Under the pieces are notes generated by a model. It worked only from the letters and a program-made list of their open reading frames with translations, was not told the origin of the DNA and ran no database searches. Below are positions 39,156-49,613 of a stretch of 64,000 nt of DNA, in pieces (within the stretch, counting starts at the first letter, position 1; each line of letters starts with the position of its first letter). The position numbers and the translations under genes were made by a program. Origin of the DNA: Bacteroidales bacterium (lineage in GTDB: Bacteria > Bacteroidota > Bacteroidia > Bacteroidales > UBA10428); contig JAFGVA010000198.1 in assembly GCA_016938235.1 (NCBI GenBank), positions 64,752 through 128,751 of the forward strand, in the 5' to 3' direction.

Positions 39156-41231
39156 TTATCTTATCCCAAGTTTTATGGGTTTAAATGCGTCCTTAACGCG
39201 GTAATTAAGAGCTTTCCAGTTACCATAATAATCTATACCCGACCAGGAGGCACCCGGCCAGCAATCGTTTAACTGCCAGTAAAGGCTGCCCATACAATTT
39301 GATTTATTGATCCGGTGAATATCAATGGCCTTTTTGATTGCATAGGCCTGCAAAAGCTGCCCTACATATAACATATCTTTAAAGTCATCGGGAACTTTAT
39401 AATAAAGCTCCATATACTCCTTTATTTTCTGGTTTCCGATAGGGCTGCGTTGATGTGACATCATTACATCTGAATAGATATTCCAATCGTCGGGAAGCGT
39501 AAATTCATTTATGGTTTTAAATTCGGGAAACGACTGAAAACCATATTCACTCATAAAACGGGGAATAAGCTTATCAAACTTTTCGAAGGGATCGCCGCCA
39601 TGCCAAACACCCCAGTAATGCATGTCTCCTGAGTTATTCTCGTAACTGGCCGACTTTCCCCAGTCTGCAACCGGCGACGATGGCCAGTAGAAGGTTTCGG
39701 GACAAAGTTTATTAACAACTTCGGGTAAAATCTTATGAAACAAAGTGTCGTACGAATGCCATATGTATTCCCTTTGTTCTTTGGTAAATCTTTTTTTCCA
39801 ACCCCATCCACAATTTTCATCACCCCATTGGCACCATGCTGCATCAATTTCGTTATTTCCGCACCAAAGAGCAATAGAAGGATGATTACGCAACCTGGTG
39901 ACATTTTCAACAGCTTCAAGGCGCACATTTTCCAGAAATTCGTCATTGCCCGGATACATGCTGCATGCAAACATGAAGTCCTGCCAGACTAATAAGCCCA
40001 GCTCATCGCAGATATCGTAAAAAATTTCGTTCTCGTATATTCCACCTCCCCAAACCCTTAGCATATTCATGTTTGCTTCAGCGGCAGACTTTACTACCTC
40101 TCTGTAATTTACCGGAGTAACAACAGGCAAAAAATTATCGTTCGGAATATAATTGGCACCTTTAGCAAAAACCGGAACACCATTTACTCTGAAATAAAAT
40201 GACTTACCATATTCATCCTCTTCCCTGACAACCTCAATTGTTCTTAAACCGGTTTTATGCTTCGATTCATCGATTAACACATCATCTTTAAAAAGCCTGA
40301 CAGTAAATTCATAGATATTTTGCCCGCCATAACCCCTGGGCCACCAAAGCTTCGGATTTAAAATTTTAAACTCAATCTTTTCGAGGTTCTGCCCCTCCGT
40401 TAAGGATACATTTTTATTGATAGTATTTCCTGTAGTGTTGTTAACCAGTTGAAGCTGATAATTGCCTTTTTTAAAAACTGAAAGCGAAATTTCGGTTGTT
40501 AAGTCTGCTGCTTCGACTGAAACAATATTTTGTTGGATATAAACATCACAGATTTCTGCCATATTTGAGAACTGCAATTCAACAGGTCGCCAAATACCCA
40601 TTGTAACAAACCGAGGGCCCCAGTCCCAGCCATAATGGTAAGGCGCTTTCCGGGTAAAAACACTTACTTTTTTATCGCCAAGACCACCTACTTCAGACTG
40701 ATCGTTCACTGCCGGTAAGGGAAACCCAAGTTCTTCCAGCTTTTGAAGGCCAATATTAATGGGTGAACTAAACTTTACTACCAGAATATTTTCGCCGGCA
40801 ACAAGTTCATCACGAACATTTACGCGCCACGAACGATAAAAATTATTGGCATAAAGAATCTTCTTATTATTTAAGTATACCTCGGCATAAGTATCCAGGC
40901 CGTGAAATTTAAGAAAAACTTCATCGGAACTCAGGGTATTACTATCTAAGAAAAATTTATTAGTATAAATCCAGTTCTTTTTATCAATCCACTGGTATTC
41001 TTTCTCATTATCGCGATAAAAGGGCTGGGGCAATTTATTATTAAAAAGCAAATCGGTTTGCACAGTACCCGGAACCCGGGCAGGGTATTCCTGCTCTTCT
41101 CCCTCCATCTTAAAAGTCCAGTCGTTGTTAAGGAAAATGCTTTTATTCATCAGCTGTGCAGGTTTATTTTTGCATGAAATGAAAAGTATACTGAAACTTA
41201 TAACAAGAAAGTAGTTTGGCCAGCTTTTCAT
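39156..41231 (-). CDS. GH2 beta-mannosidase-like hydrolase (short form, 691 aa)
   Basis: It has a signal/lipoprotein N-terminus (ILFISCKN), FHGLDTYAEVYLNNKKI, LWCGNNEID (acid/base) and MSEYGFQSFP (nucleophile). The sequence ends about 130 aa after the nucleophile. Confidence 0.75.
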   Translation of the reverse strand: MKSWPNYFLVISFSILFISCKNKPAQLMNKSIFLNNDWTFKMEGEEQEYPARVPGTVQTDLLFNNKLPQPFYRDNEKEYQWIDKKNWIYTNKFFLDSNTLSSDEVFLKFHGLDTYAEVYLNNKKILYANNFYRSWRVNVRDELVAGENILVVKFSSPINIGLQKLEELGFPLPAVNDQSEVGGLGDKKVSVFTRKAPYHYGWDWGPRFVTMGIWRPVELQFSNMAEICDVYIQQNIVSVEAADLTTEISLSVFKKGNYQLQLVNNTTGNTINKNVSLTEGQNLEKIEFKILNPKLWWPRGYGGQNIYEFTVRLFKDDVLIDESKHKTGLRTIEVVREEDEYGKSFYFRVNGVPVFAKGANYIPNDNFLPVVTPVNYREVVKSAAEANMNMLRVWGGGIYENEIFYDICDELGLLVWQDFMFACSMYPGNDEFLENVRLEAVENVTRLRNHPSIALWCGNNEIDAAWCQWGDENCGWGWKKRFTKEQREYIWHSYDTLFHKILPEVVNKLCPETFYWPSSPVADWGKSASYENNSGDMHYWGVWHGGDPFEKFDKLIPRFMSEYGFQSFPEFKTINEFTLPDDWNIYSDVMMSHQRSPIGNQKIKEYMELYYKVPDDFKDMLYVGQLLQAYAIKKAIDIHRINKSNCMGSLYWQLNDCWPGASWSGIDYYGNWKALNYRVKDAFKPIKLGIR

Positions 41232-41243
41232 ATCAAAATATTT

Positions 41244-42446
41244 TTATACCACAATTCGCTTTATTAATTCAATACAGGCACGGCTGTTGTGATATGGGCA
41301 CTTCCAGAAGCCAGCCTTCGGATAAGTTTCTAAGGGTTTGCCGTTTTTATCTACACGATAATGCCATTCACCGTGATTTTTATCAACCATGTATTCTTCG
41401 GAAAACCTGGCAACCTGTATTGCAAAGTCAAGATATTTCTCATCTCCGGTAATCTCATAAGTATTTAATAAACCTACCAGAGCTTCGGCTTGCGGCCACC
41501 ACTCCAACTGCTCATCAATGTGTTTTCCTGCCCTGTCGCCTTCGTGATATAAACCGCCCAGCTCACTTAAACCCTGCAGCGATGCGTCAGTAATCTTCGG
41601 AACTAATTCCTCTGCAAGTTTAATAAGTTCTTTACTTCCATGAATAAGTGCCGATTCGTGTATGAGCCATCCGGCTTCAATATCGTGCCCGTAAGAGATA
41701 GCCGTTGATTTGTTTACCCAGTTTTCATCAAAGAATAAGTACAGGTGATAATCATCTCTTGAAATAATAATATCTGTAAAAATATTAACCAGGTTCTCTA
41801 ATTGCTTTTTAAGTCTCTCATCTTTCCAGACAAGGAATAAATTGGCATAAGCTTCAACAATATGAAGATGAGTATTCATGGTTTTCTTTTCGTTCATATC
41901 GATATCGCTCAGCCTTAAATCCTCAATTTCTTCCCATTCGCGTGTAAAAGCCTCAATGTATCCGTTCAGTTTTGTATCAAAGGCATACTTTTCAATGGTA
42001 TGAAAGATATCCTTACAACGTTCCAGAGCCTCTGTGTTTTGAGTTATTTTATAATACTCGCTAAAACCATACAGGGTAAATGCCAGCGCATATATTTGTT
42101 TTTTTGTATCGTGTGGTTTGCCGTCGGAATCAAGACTCCAGTAATATCCCCCATACTTCTGGTCATAAAAATTATTAACCAGGTAATTGAAGGCTCTGTG
42201 AGCCAGCTCAAGGTCTTTTGGTTCTTTTGTAAGGGGATAAGCTGCTGAGAAGGACCATAAAATACGGGCATTTAATATTAAGCCTTTGGGTTCGTTATAC
42301 TGAATGTTCATATTAAAATCTATCTCCCCATAGAAACCGCCTCGCTCAGAATCAACAGACTTTTCGCGCCAAAAAGGCAAAATATCATCGTTTAGTTCCT
42401 TTACAGCAAAACTTCTTAACCAATTAAGCTTTTCCTTCCTATTCAT
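41244..42446 (-). CDS. AGE-family epimerase, probable cellobiose/mannobiose 2-epimerase
   Basis: 400 aa with no signal peptide. Blocks are FWREKSVDSERGGFYGEID, YGHDIEAGWL, WWPQAEALVG and FWKCPYHNSRACIE. It sits next to the GH130 gene. Confidence 0.8.
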   Translation of the reverse strand: MNRKEKLNWLRSFAVKELNDDILPFWREKSVDSERGGFYGEIDFNMNIQYNEPKGLILNARILWSFSAAYPLTKEPKDLELAHRAFNYLVNNFYDQKYGGYYWSLDSDGKPHDTKKQIYALAFTLYGFSEYYKITQNTEALERCKDIFHTIEKYAFDTKLNGYIEAFTREWEEIEDLRLSDIDMNEKKTMNTHLHIVEAYANLFLVWKDERLKKQLENLVNIFTDIIISRDDYHLYLFFDENWVNKSTAISYGHDIEAGWLIHESALIHGSKELIKLAEELVPKITDASLQGLSELGGLYHEGDRAGKHIDEQLEWWPQAEALVGLLNTYEITGDEKYLDFAIQVARFSEEYMVDKNHGEWHYRVDKNGKPLETYPKAGFWKCPYHNSRACIELIKRIVV

Positions 42447-42579
42447 TTTAAATCCTGATTATTTACAAAAAGTAAAAAAGCATATTTAAAAATAATTCAA
42501 ACCATGCCCGATTAATTCTGGAATATTACAGCATATTACTTTTGCTGCCCGGTATATTTGAAAAAGCTCAAAACTCAAA

Positions 42580-43773
42580 TTAAAGAAGTACCGAGCGATA
42601 TACATCGCCGGTACTTATATTTGAGTTTATGAGCTTATTTATAGCCTTTACACTAGCAGCCGAACGTAATCCATCCTGTGGCGTGTTTTTACAATAATCA
42701 ATCAGTTTTTCAACCGATGTTGTAGCAACATGCATTCTTGTGTCGGAGCTTGCATAATAGATGAATACTTTTCCATCGGGATCGTTTATCCAACCATTGG
42801 CAAAAACAACATTCGAAACATCACCAACACGTTCGGCACCTTCGGGAGCAATAAAATAACCAGCAGGTCGGTATATTACTTTTGAAGGATTTTCTAAATC
42901 AGTCATAAATACATATAGAACATAGCGTAAGCCGGCAGCAGTATTTCTTACACCGTGTGCAAGCTGCAACCAGCCTTGTTCTGTTTTTATTGGAGCCGGA
43001 CCGAGTCCGTTTTTTACTTCGTTTATGGTATGGTATACTTTCGGGTCAACTATTGACTCTTCGGGAACTTCGGCTCTCTCCATACTTTCTGTTAAACCAA
43101 AGCCAATACCTCCGCCGGATCCGGTATCAATAAAACCATCTTGTGGGCGAGTATATAGCGCATATTTCCCATCGATAAATTCAGGATGAAGTACAACATT
43201 TCGCTGTTGACCAGAATGGCTGATTAGATCCGGAAGCCTCTCCCAGTCAATAAGGTCTTTGGTTCTTGCAATACCACATTTGGCGACAGCCGATGACTGG
43301 TCGCCGTCTGGTGCCTGAGGATCTCTTCTTTCGGTGCAGAATAAGCCATAAAACCAACCGTCTTCGTGTTTAACAATTCGCATATCATACACATTGGTGT
43401 CGGGATCTGCTGTTTCAGGCAATGCAATTGGCCTTTCCCAGAATCTGAAATTATCAATGCCATTTGGAGATTCTGCCACTGCAAAGAATGATTTACGGTC
43501 GTTACCTTCAACCCTGGCAATTATAAGGTATTTATCTTCATTTTTTATAGCTCCGGCATTAAAAGCAGCATTTATGCCAATTCTTTCCATCAGAAAAGGA
43601 TTGGTTTCTTTGTTTAAATCATATCTCCAATGAATGGGGGCATGTGCTCCTGTTAATATAGGATTTTTATATCGTTCAAATATTCCGTTGGAGGAGAATA
43701 AAACTTCGTTTTTCTTTTCAATCAGCTCTTTATAGTCTATTGTGATTTTCTTTAGTCTTTTATTAAAGTCCAT
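42580..43773 (-). CDS. GH130 beta-mannoside phosphorylase (4-O-beta-D-mannosyl-D-glucose phosphorylase-like)
   Basis: 397 aa and cytoplasmic. Blocks are [49 protein letters not shown] and [18 protein letters not shown]. Confidence 0.85.
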   Translation of the reverse strand: MDFNKRLKKITIDYKELIEKKNEVLFSSNGIFERYKNPILTGAHAPIHWRYDLNKETNPFLMERIGINAAFNAGAIKNEDKYLIIARVEGNDRKSFFAVAESPNGIDNFRFWERPIALPETADPDTNVYDMRIVKHEDGWFYGLFCTERRDPQAPDGDQSSAVAKCGIARTKDLIDWERLPDLISHSGQQRNVVLHPEFIDGKYALYTRPQDGFIDTGSGGGIGFGLTESMERAEVPEESIVDPKVYHTINEVKNGLGPAPIKTEQGWLQLAHGVRNTAAGLRYVLYVFMTDLENPSKVIYRPAGYFIAPEGAERVGDVSNVVFANGWINDPDGKVFIYYASSDTRMHVATTSVEKLIDYCKNTPQDGLRSAASVKAINKLINSNISTGDVYRSVLL

Positions 43774-43834
43774 TTTTGTGCCTGTTAATTTTTCTCAACT
43801 CATTTTAAAGGTAAATCTTATTCCTCCTTTTTTT

Positions 43835-45709
43835 TTATTTCGGAGCCACAGTATAATCTGTATTAAATTCTTCAAGTTTATCCCACCAGGTAAACTTCAG
43901 AATTGTAACAGTTACAGCAATAATAGCAAGTGTTATAAAGAATCCTCCCCAGTTTTTTATTACAAAAAAGATTGGCATAGCAACAATTGCCGTTTGACCA
44001 ACTATTCCGACAAGAATATTGAGCATGTCTTTTTTGAAGTTTGTGTTTTTTTCGAAATGAGGATAATCTGCTTTCACCTTTTCGTATATAGGTTTCCAGA
44101 AACCCCAGGGTCTGATGTTTGCATAGAACTCTTTCAGTGTTTTTTCATCGGTTGGCGAACTGAGTAATGTACCTGCAATACAACCTATCAACGAAAGTGC
44201 AAGCATCAAGGGGAAGAAATACAAGAGTATTATCTGTTCTGCAACATCGGGGAATAAGGGAGGCAATATTTTAGGAAAAATCATGGCCGAAACTAAACCT
44301 GCAACCATTCCCCAGAAATATCCATGTCCGTTAAATCTCCACCAGTACCATTTAAGAACGTTTGCAGCAATGAACCCACCATAAATACCAGAAACAATCC
44401 ATTGTAACAGACTATTTATATTCGTTGCAAAAGCACCTATAACTATACTGAGTAATACAATCAGGATTCCAACACTATAATTGGCAAACATTAGCTGACT
44501 TTTGCTCGGATTAGGCTTCAGGTACTTTATGTATACATCGTTTACAAGGTATGCCTGTGCAGCGTTTAAAGTTCCTGCAAAAGTTGACATGAATGCAGCC
44601 AGTAAACCGGCAAGGATTAATCCTAAAAATCCGGCCGGTGCAAATTCATTAATGGCCGAGGGTAATATTTGTTCAAAATCTGTTTTGCCACCAACAATAA
44701 GATCCAGTTTATCAAAAAATACAAGTCCCAATACAACAAAACCTGTAATCATAAGGTAACGTGTCGGATTAAGAACAACCGAGACAAATCCGCTCATTTT
44801 AGCAGCTTCGGAAGGTGATTTTGTCGCCAGAATTTTTTGCATATCGTAATTTGGAGCTGGTCCTGCACCACTTACAAGGATCCCTTTCAGTAGCATCATG
44901 CTAAAGATGAATCCAAACAGCTGCATGCCGTGTTCTCTGATTGCAAAATTTGCTTTATCAACAATGCCGGTCCAGTCGAGATTGAGATGCATTCCGAAGA
45001 AAGGAGATGACCAGCCTTCGGGAACATGAAGCGGAGAATCAAGTGCATTCATAGCCATTATTGCGATAACAACCGATGCTACTGTCATAATAATAAATTG
45101 CAAAAAATCGGCCCAGACAATACTGGTCATACCACCAAGAATGGTGTAAAACACTGCAAAAGCTGTAAAGACTATAGCATAAAAGTGAGGTACATTTGCA
45201 GGTGCAAGGCTAAAGGGAACATATTGTGAAACAACTTCCCACGGAATAAATATCTCAACAAATTTTCCGAGTCCGACAAAGCCATAAGCCAGCATACCCA
45301 GGCACAGAAGAATAGCAAAGGCTACTACAATGTTGTGAGACAATTCAGCGCCCCTGTCATATCCAAAGCGCGTTTTCATCCATTCTGCACCGGTAGTTAC
45401 ATTGGCTTTGCGAATCCATGCTGAAAGGTAAACCATCAGGAAAACCTGATTAAAAACAGGCCACATCCAGGGTAACCAGATACTTTTTAACCCATATAAA
45501 AAGCCAACAGCTACCAGCCACATTGTGCCTGATATATCGAACATACCGGAGGCATTCGACAAGCCTAACATCCACCAGGGAAGTTTATTTCCACCCAGCA
45601 GGTATGCCGATTTGTCTTTCTGTGCTCTTTTTTTAATTACCAGGCCAATTACAACGGTTGAAGCAAGGTATACAAGAATTATTAAAATATCTGTTAATCT
45701 AAGTTTCAT
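43835..45709 (-). CDS. Sodium:solute symporter family (SSF) transporter
   Basis: 624 aa, polytopic with about 13-14 hydrophobic segments, and an SSF-like N-terminal region (YLLGGNKLPWWMLGLSNASGMFD). Confidence 0.8.
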   Translation of the reverse strand: MKLRLTDILIILVYLASTVVIGLVIKKRAQKDKSAYLLGGNKLPWWMLGLSNASGMFDISGTMWLVAVGFLYGLKSIWLPWMWPVFNQVFLMVYLSAWIRKANVTTGAEWMKTRFGYDRGAELSHNIVVAFAILLCLGMLAYGFVGLGKFVEIFIPWEVVSQYVPFSLAPANVPHFYAIVFTAFAVFYTILGGMTSIVWADFLQFIIMTVASVVIAIMAMNALDSPLHVPEGWSSPFFGMHLNLDWTGIVDKANFAIREHGMQLFGFIFSMMLLKGILVSGAGPAPNYDMQKILATKSPSEAAKMSGFVSVVLNPTRYLMITGFVVLGLVFFDKLDLIVGGKTDFEQILPSAINEFAPAGFLGLILAGLLAAFMSTFAGTLNAAQAYLVNDVYIKYLKPNPSKSQLMFANYSVGILIVLLSIVIGAFATNINSLLQWIVSGIYGGFIAANVLKWYWWRFNGHGYFWGMVAGLVSAMIFPKILPPLFPDVAEQIILLYFFPLMLALSLIGCIAGTLLSSPTDEKTLKEFYANIRPWGFWKPIYEKVKADYPHFEKNTNFKKDMLNILVGIVGQTAIVAMPIFFVIKNWGGFFITLAIIAVTVTILKFTWWDKLEEFNTDYTVAPK

Positions 45710-45849
45710 CTGTCTGTTATTATCTTTTCAATGGTAAGAAGCCTGCCCCGAAACATCGGGATAACTCCCAAACTAAAAAATAGCCATCGCTGTGTTATAA
45801 TAATTAAATGTTATTGAGTTTGGTTGTTTCATCTTATTTAATGGAAAAA

Positions 45850-46962
45850 TTAGTTATACATATCAGGTAAATCATCCAGAAAAAATATACTGCTATCAGC
45901 TTTGAACTTTAAAAAGTCGGGTACAACCGGGTGTCCGGGATAGGGTGCATAATGATGATCGGGACGTGCATTCCGCCAAACCAAGACATAGGAAACCCTA
46001 TCGGTTTTGGGCGTAGACTTTAAGCCTTTGAGTAAGACATTGGTAAACCAGGTAGTATCGGAAAGTGTTTCATATCCGGTTTCAGCAACAGTAGCAAGCT
46101 TATCTTTTTGTTTTGCCAGATCATTCACAACTTCTAATCTCATTTTTATTATATCTCTTGTTTCATCGGAATGTAAACTTTTATAATCGTCAAATCCTAA
46201 AATATCAACATAATCATCGCCCGGATAACGCTCAAGGTACTCTTCTTTGTTAGAAAAAGCATCGGGCGAATAGCAAACAAGCATATTGTTTATCCCCTTA
46301 TCTTTTTTTAAGTAATCGACAGAATAACGAAACAGCTCTTTGTACAGCGAATCGGAACAAGGAATTTTTCCCCACCAGAACCAACTACCGTTGTGCTCGT
46401 GAAACGGTCTGAAAATAACAGGAACCCTAACACCGTTTTCTGCAACAAGAGACCCAATTAAGTCAGCAACTTTATCGAGTTGAGAATTAAAACGTTCATT
46501 AAAACTTCCGCCAAGCAGCATATCGGTTACAACGGGGGTTACATCCCATGAACTCTGACCGGTTTTCAGATTACGCTCGTGCCAACTGATTGTGTTTATT
46601 CCACCTCTGTTATAAACTTCAACCATCCATTTTTTCATACTTGTAAAAGGTATGCCATCAATATTGTTAAGGCTGTCGATGTGTCCGATGTCCCAACCAA
46701 AAACAGCAGGATAATCGCCACTAATTTTCTCTACATCTGAATTAAATTCACCACCTGCCCAGCCGATTCCGTAAGCTACGTCATCCTGGTGACCAAACAT
46801 AAATCCCTTGGCCGCTAATTCTTTTAAATTAGAATACAGGTTTTGAGTTTCAACAGAAAGAACATCATATTTCTCCTTAGCTTCGGCCGGTTTATTTTTT
46901 CCATTACAATTCATAAAAAACAAAATAATAACAGGTAAATAAATTAGGTGTTTTAAACGCAT
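45850..46962 (-). CDS. GH26 beta-mannanase
   Basis: 370 aa with the signal/lipoprotein N-terminus FFMNCNG. Blocks are FGHQDD, ISWHERN, FRPFHEHNGSWFWWG (acid/base Glu) and VAETGYE (nucleophile Glu). Confidence 0.85.
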   Translation of the reverse strand: MRLKHLIYLPVIILFFMNCNGKNKPAEAKEKYDVLSVETQNLYSNLKELAAKGFMFGHQDDVAYGIGWAGGEFNSDVEKISGDYPAVFGWDIGHIDSLNNIDGIPFTSMKKWMVEVYNRGGINTISWHERNLKTGQSSWDVTPVVTDMLLGGSFNERFNSQLDKVADLIGSLVAENGVRVPVIFRPFHEHNGSWFWWGKIPCSDSLYKELFRYSVDYLKKDKGINNMLVCYSPDAFSNKEEYLERYPGDDYVDILGFDDYKSLHSDETRDIIKMRLEVVNDLAKQKDKLATVAETGYETLSDTTWFTNVLLKGLKSTPKTDRVSYVLVWRNARPDHHYAPYPGHPVVPDFLKFKADSSIFFLDDLPDMYN

Positions 46963-47020
46963 CTTTTCGGTTTAGATTGTAAATAATGTTCGGTGCAAGA
47001 TAAAACAGGCATTTAAAATA

Positions 47021-47028
47021 CAAATTTA
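47021..47028 (-). promoter_or_regulatory. Candidate -7 promoter element (TAAATTTG) for the mannan operon
   Basis: TAnnTTTG match on the minus strand, 58 nt upstream of the GH26 ATG (46962). Confidence 0.3.
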
Positions 47029-47288
47029 CCGGTGTAACAAGTACTTTAAAATTTGTAACCATATATGGTTTTTTTGTAACATTTTCATTAAATCATGTAA
47101 CATGGTTCGGAATTCCAGTAATAATCTACCAGAAATTCTGAAGCAGAAACAGCTTTAACAATAATTTAATGGAATTTTATATGTATTTGAATTTATGCTC
47201 TATACATAATTAACCTAAAATTAAGACCTTTTGGGAATCCTCTTTCTATTTTGGCCGTATTATTTTAAAAAATTCACAACTAAAATTT

Positions 47289-47816
47289 ATGAAGAAAATA
47301 ACTTTTTTTATGCTTTTCGGCCTGCTGCTTTTCTCAAATTTCTCGTTTGATGACTCAAAACATGAATACATGGCAAAATTCATTGTCTCTTTAGTCAGGT
47401 ATATTCAATGGCCGGAAAAAATGAATGAGGGAAACTTTAAAATCGGAATTTATGGCTCGTTTGATATGTATAAGGCAATATCCAATCAGACTCTTGACAT
47501 TGGTATTCAAAACAGAAATGTTGATATCATGAATTTATCAAAAATAGACGATGTAAACCTTACTCCTTTGCACATGCTAATTATTACAGATGCAAATTGT
47601 ACTCCGGAAAACATACGTAAGGCTATTAACCTAACTGCTAAGAGTGCAACTATAATTGTTACCGACAAAGAAGTAGCCACAAAATATGGTGCAGGAATAA
47701 ACTTTGTTTCGCGAAACAATAAACTGGCATACGAATTGCATAAACCAAATTGCAGGCGCAATGGAATCCTGATTAGTAAACAGGCTGAATTTTACGCACA
47801 TACAGTAATCGAATAG
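47289..47816 (+). CDS. YfiR-like (DUF4154) periplasmic protein
   Basis: 175 aa with a signal peptide. FIVSLVRYIQWPE and FKIGIYG are the DUF4154/YfiR-type N-terminal blocks as I recall them. Confidence 0.55.
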   Translation: MKKITFFMLFGLLLFSNFSFDDSKHEYMAKFIVSLVRYIQWPEKMNEGNFKIGIYGSFDMYKAISNQTLDIGIQNRNVDIMNLSKIDDVNLTPLHMLIITDANCTPENIRKAINLTAKSATIIVTDKEVATKYGAGINFVSRNNKLAYELHKPNCRRNGILISKQAEFYAHTVIE

Positions 47817-47880
47817 TAAGGAGTAACCTTAAAAGACAAAAAAATAAAAAAAAATAAATCCTATTAAAGAATGTAATTAA

Positions 47881-49002
47881 ATGAAAAGAATTTTCCCATT
47901 GATAATTATTCTATTGTTTTCCTGTCAAAAAGAAGAGCTGGTTGACCTTTCCCTTAAAGCAGAATTAGAAAATGTAATAGAATCTGCATTCAAGCAATAT
48001 CAGATGCCGGGACTTGCTTATTTGGCTGTAAAAAACGACTCTGTTGTTATATCTGAAGGTATTGGCTACGCTAATGTTATGGAAAAAATGCCATTTACAC
48101 CTCAAACACGAATGATAATTGCTTCCATTTCTAAAACAATTATTGCCACAGCCATTATGCAATTGGTTGAAAAAGGGAGTATTGACCTAGACGCGGATAT
48201 CAACCAGTATTTACCCTTTTCTGTTCGCAACCCAAGATATCCCAAGGAACCTATAACAACAAGAATGTTGCTTACACACACTTCATCAATCTCTGACGGT
48301 GGTTATATTTATGAATTGTATCTTTATGGCTTTACAGATTATCCTGTATCACTTCTAAGTTTTGAAAAAGAATATTTATCGAAAAACGGACAATATTATT
48401 CTCAGGTAAATTACTCGAAATTTAAACCCAATTCAAATTATGAGTATTCTAACGTTGCTGCTGCCCTGGCAGCTTGTTTGGTGGAGCAAGTTTCGGGAGT
48501 GAATTTCAATGATTATTGCAAAGTATATGTTTTTCAGCCCTTAGGAATGTCAAAAACCACTTGGTTTTTTAGTGAAACACCAAAGTCGGAAATTGCAATT
48601 CCCTATTCAGACCTGAATAATATGAACCCTGATAAGTCGTTTTATTCTTACCCGACCTATCCCGACGGACACCTGATTACTACAACGGAGGATCTGTCAA
48701 AATTTATGAGGGCTTACATTATGGATGGAACCTTTAATGGCTATCAATTGCTTCAGCAATCATCTGTAGATACAATTTTAAGCATTCAGTTTGAAACTGA
48801 ATCTGAAAAGCAGGGACTTATTTTTTATCATTTAGAAAACTCTCAATTTTCTGTATGGGGACATAACGGTGGTGACCCGGGAGTTTCAACCGAAATGTAT
48901 TTTGACAAAACAAAGAAAGTTGGATACATTATGTTCACGAACCGCAGCGATGCATACCCCAAGTCATTAAGAAACGCTTTACTTCAATTTGCAAATCAAT
49001 AA
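47881..49002 (+). CDS. Serine hydrolase of the beta-lactamase/PBP (class C-like) fold, lipoprotein
   Basis: 373 aa with the signal LLFSCQ. Motifs are SxxK (ASISKT), YxN (YEYSNV) and an HNGG box in place of KTG. Confidence 0.8.
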   Translation: MKRIFPLIIILLFSCQKEELVDLSLKAELENVIESAFKQYQMPGLAYLAVKNDSVVISEGIGYANVMEKMPFTPQTRMIIASISKTIIATAIMQLVEKGSIDLDADINQYLPFSVRNPRYPKEPITTRMLLTHTSSISDGGYIYELYLYGFTDYPVSLLSFEKEYLSKNGQYYSQVNYSKFKPNSNYEYSNVAAALAACLVEQVSGVNFNDYCKVYVFQPLGMSKTTWFFSETPKSEIAIPYSDLNNMNPDKSFYSYPTYPDGHLITTTEDLSKFMRAYIMDGTFNGYQLLQQSSVDTILSIQFETESEKQGLIFYHLENSQFSVWGHNGGDPGVSTEMYFDKTKKVGYIMFTNRSDAYPKSLRNALLQFANQ

Positions 49003-49004
49003 TT

Positions 49005-49613
49005 ATGAAAAAAACATTCAAATCATCTGTTTTATTGTTTTTACTTATTTCGGTTGTTACAACAATATATGGTCAGGATGAGCCAAAAATTAAATTTCAG
49101 GAACTAAGTATTGGGTATTGGGGTACCCTAAATCAAAGTTATGGTGTAAAACTTGGCGTTGGCAGAGTAATTAACTTTTCAGAAAAATACAGTTTACACA
49201 GGAACTATTCTTTATTATTAAACAGAAAGCCTGATGTATACAAATCAGCAGGGATTGCAGCTGACAACATTATCCGCAGGACTGGTAATAAAGGGTTTTA
49301 CTGGGAACATGGCATTAATATCGGATATCTGGGAAGCATCTATGACTTTGATTTGTTTCAAACGAATAGTCAAGGACAAATTATCAATGTCGGTAAAAAA
49401 TGGTTAAGCTCTGTTATTTTCGGTTATTCCTTAGGTTTCGGCTATGACTTTTCGAAAAAAACAAAAGCTGATTTTCAATTATTCTTTCGTCCCGGACTTT
49501 ACCATCGTTTTCCGAATTTTGATAATTCTTTTTATATCAATCAGTTTTCTATTGAGGCTGGTGTTATTTGGCATCCGAAATTTATGATTCAAGAACAGCA
49601 AAAACTACAATGA
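49005..49613 (+). CDS. Hypothetical secreted protein, possibly a small outer-membrane beta-barrel
   Basis: 202 aa with a signal peptide (TTIYGQD) and an alternating aromatic/Gly strand pattern. It starts 2 nt after the hydrolase gene stop. Confidence 0.4.
   Translation: MKKTFKSSVLLFLLISVVTTIYGQDEPKIKFQELSIGYWGTLNQSYGVKLGVGRVINFSEKYSLHRNYSLLLNRKPDVYKSAGIAADNIIRRTGNKGFYWEHGINIGYLGSIYDFDLFQTNSQGQIINVGKKWLSSVIFGYSLGFGYDFSKKTKADFQLFFRPGLYHRFPNFDNSFYINQFSIEAGVIWHPKFMIQEQQKLQ

Noticed and set aside
39551-39970. A 139-aa same-strand alternative-frame ORF inside the GH2 beta-mannosidase gene
   Set aside because: It overlaps the catalytic-barrel coding frame, and there is no sign of a frameshift in the main ORF. 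I treat it as spurious.
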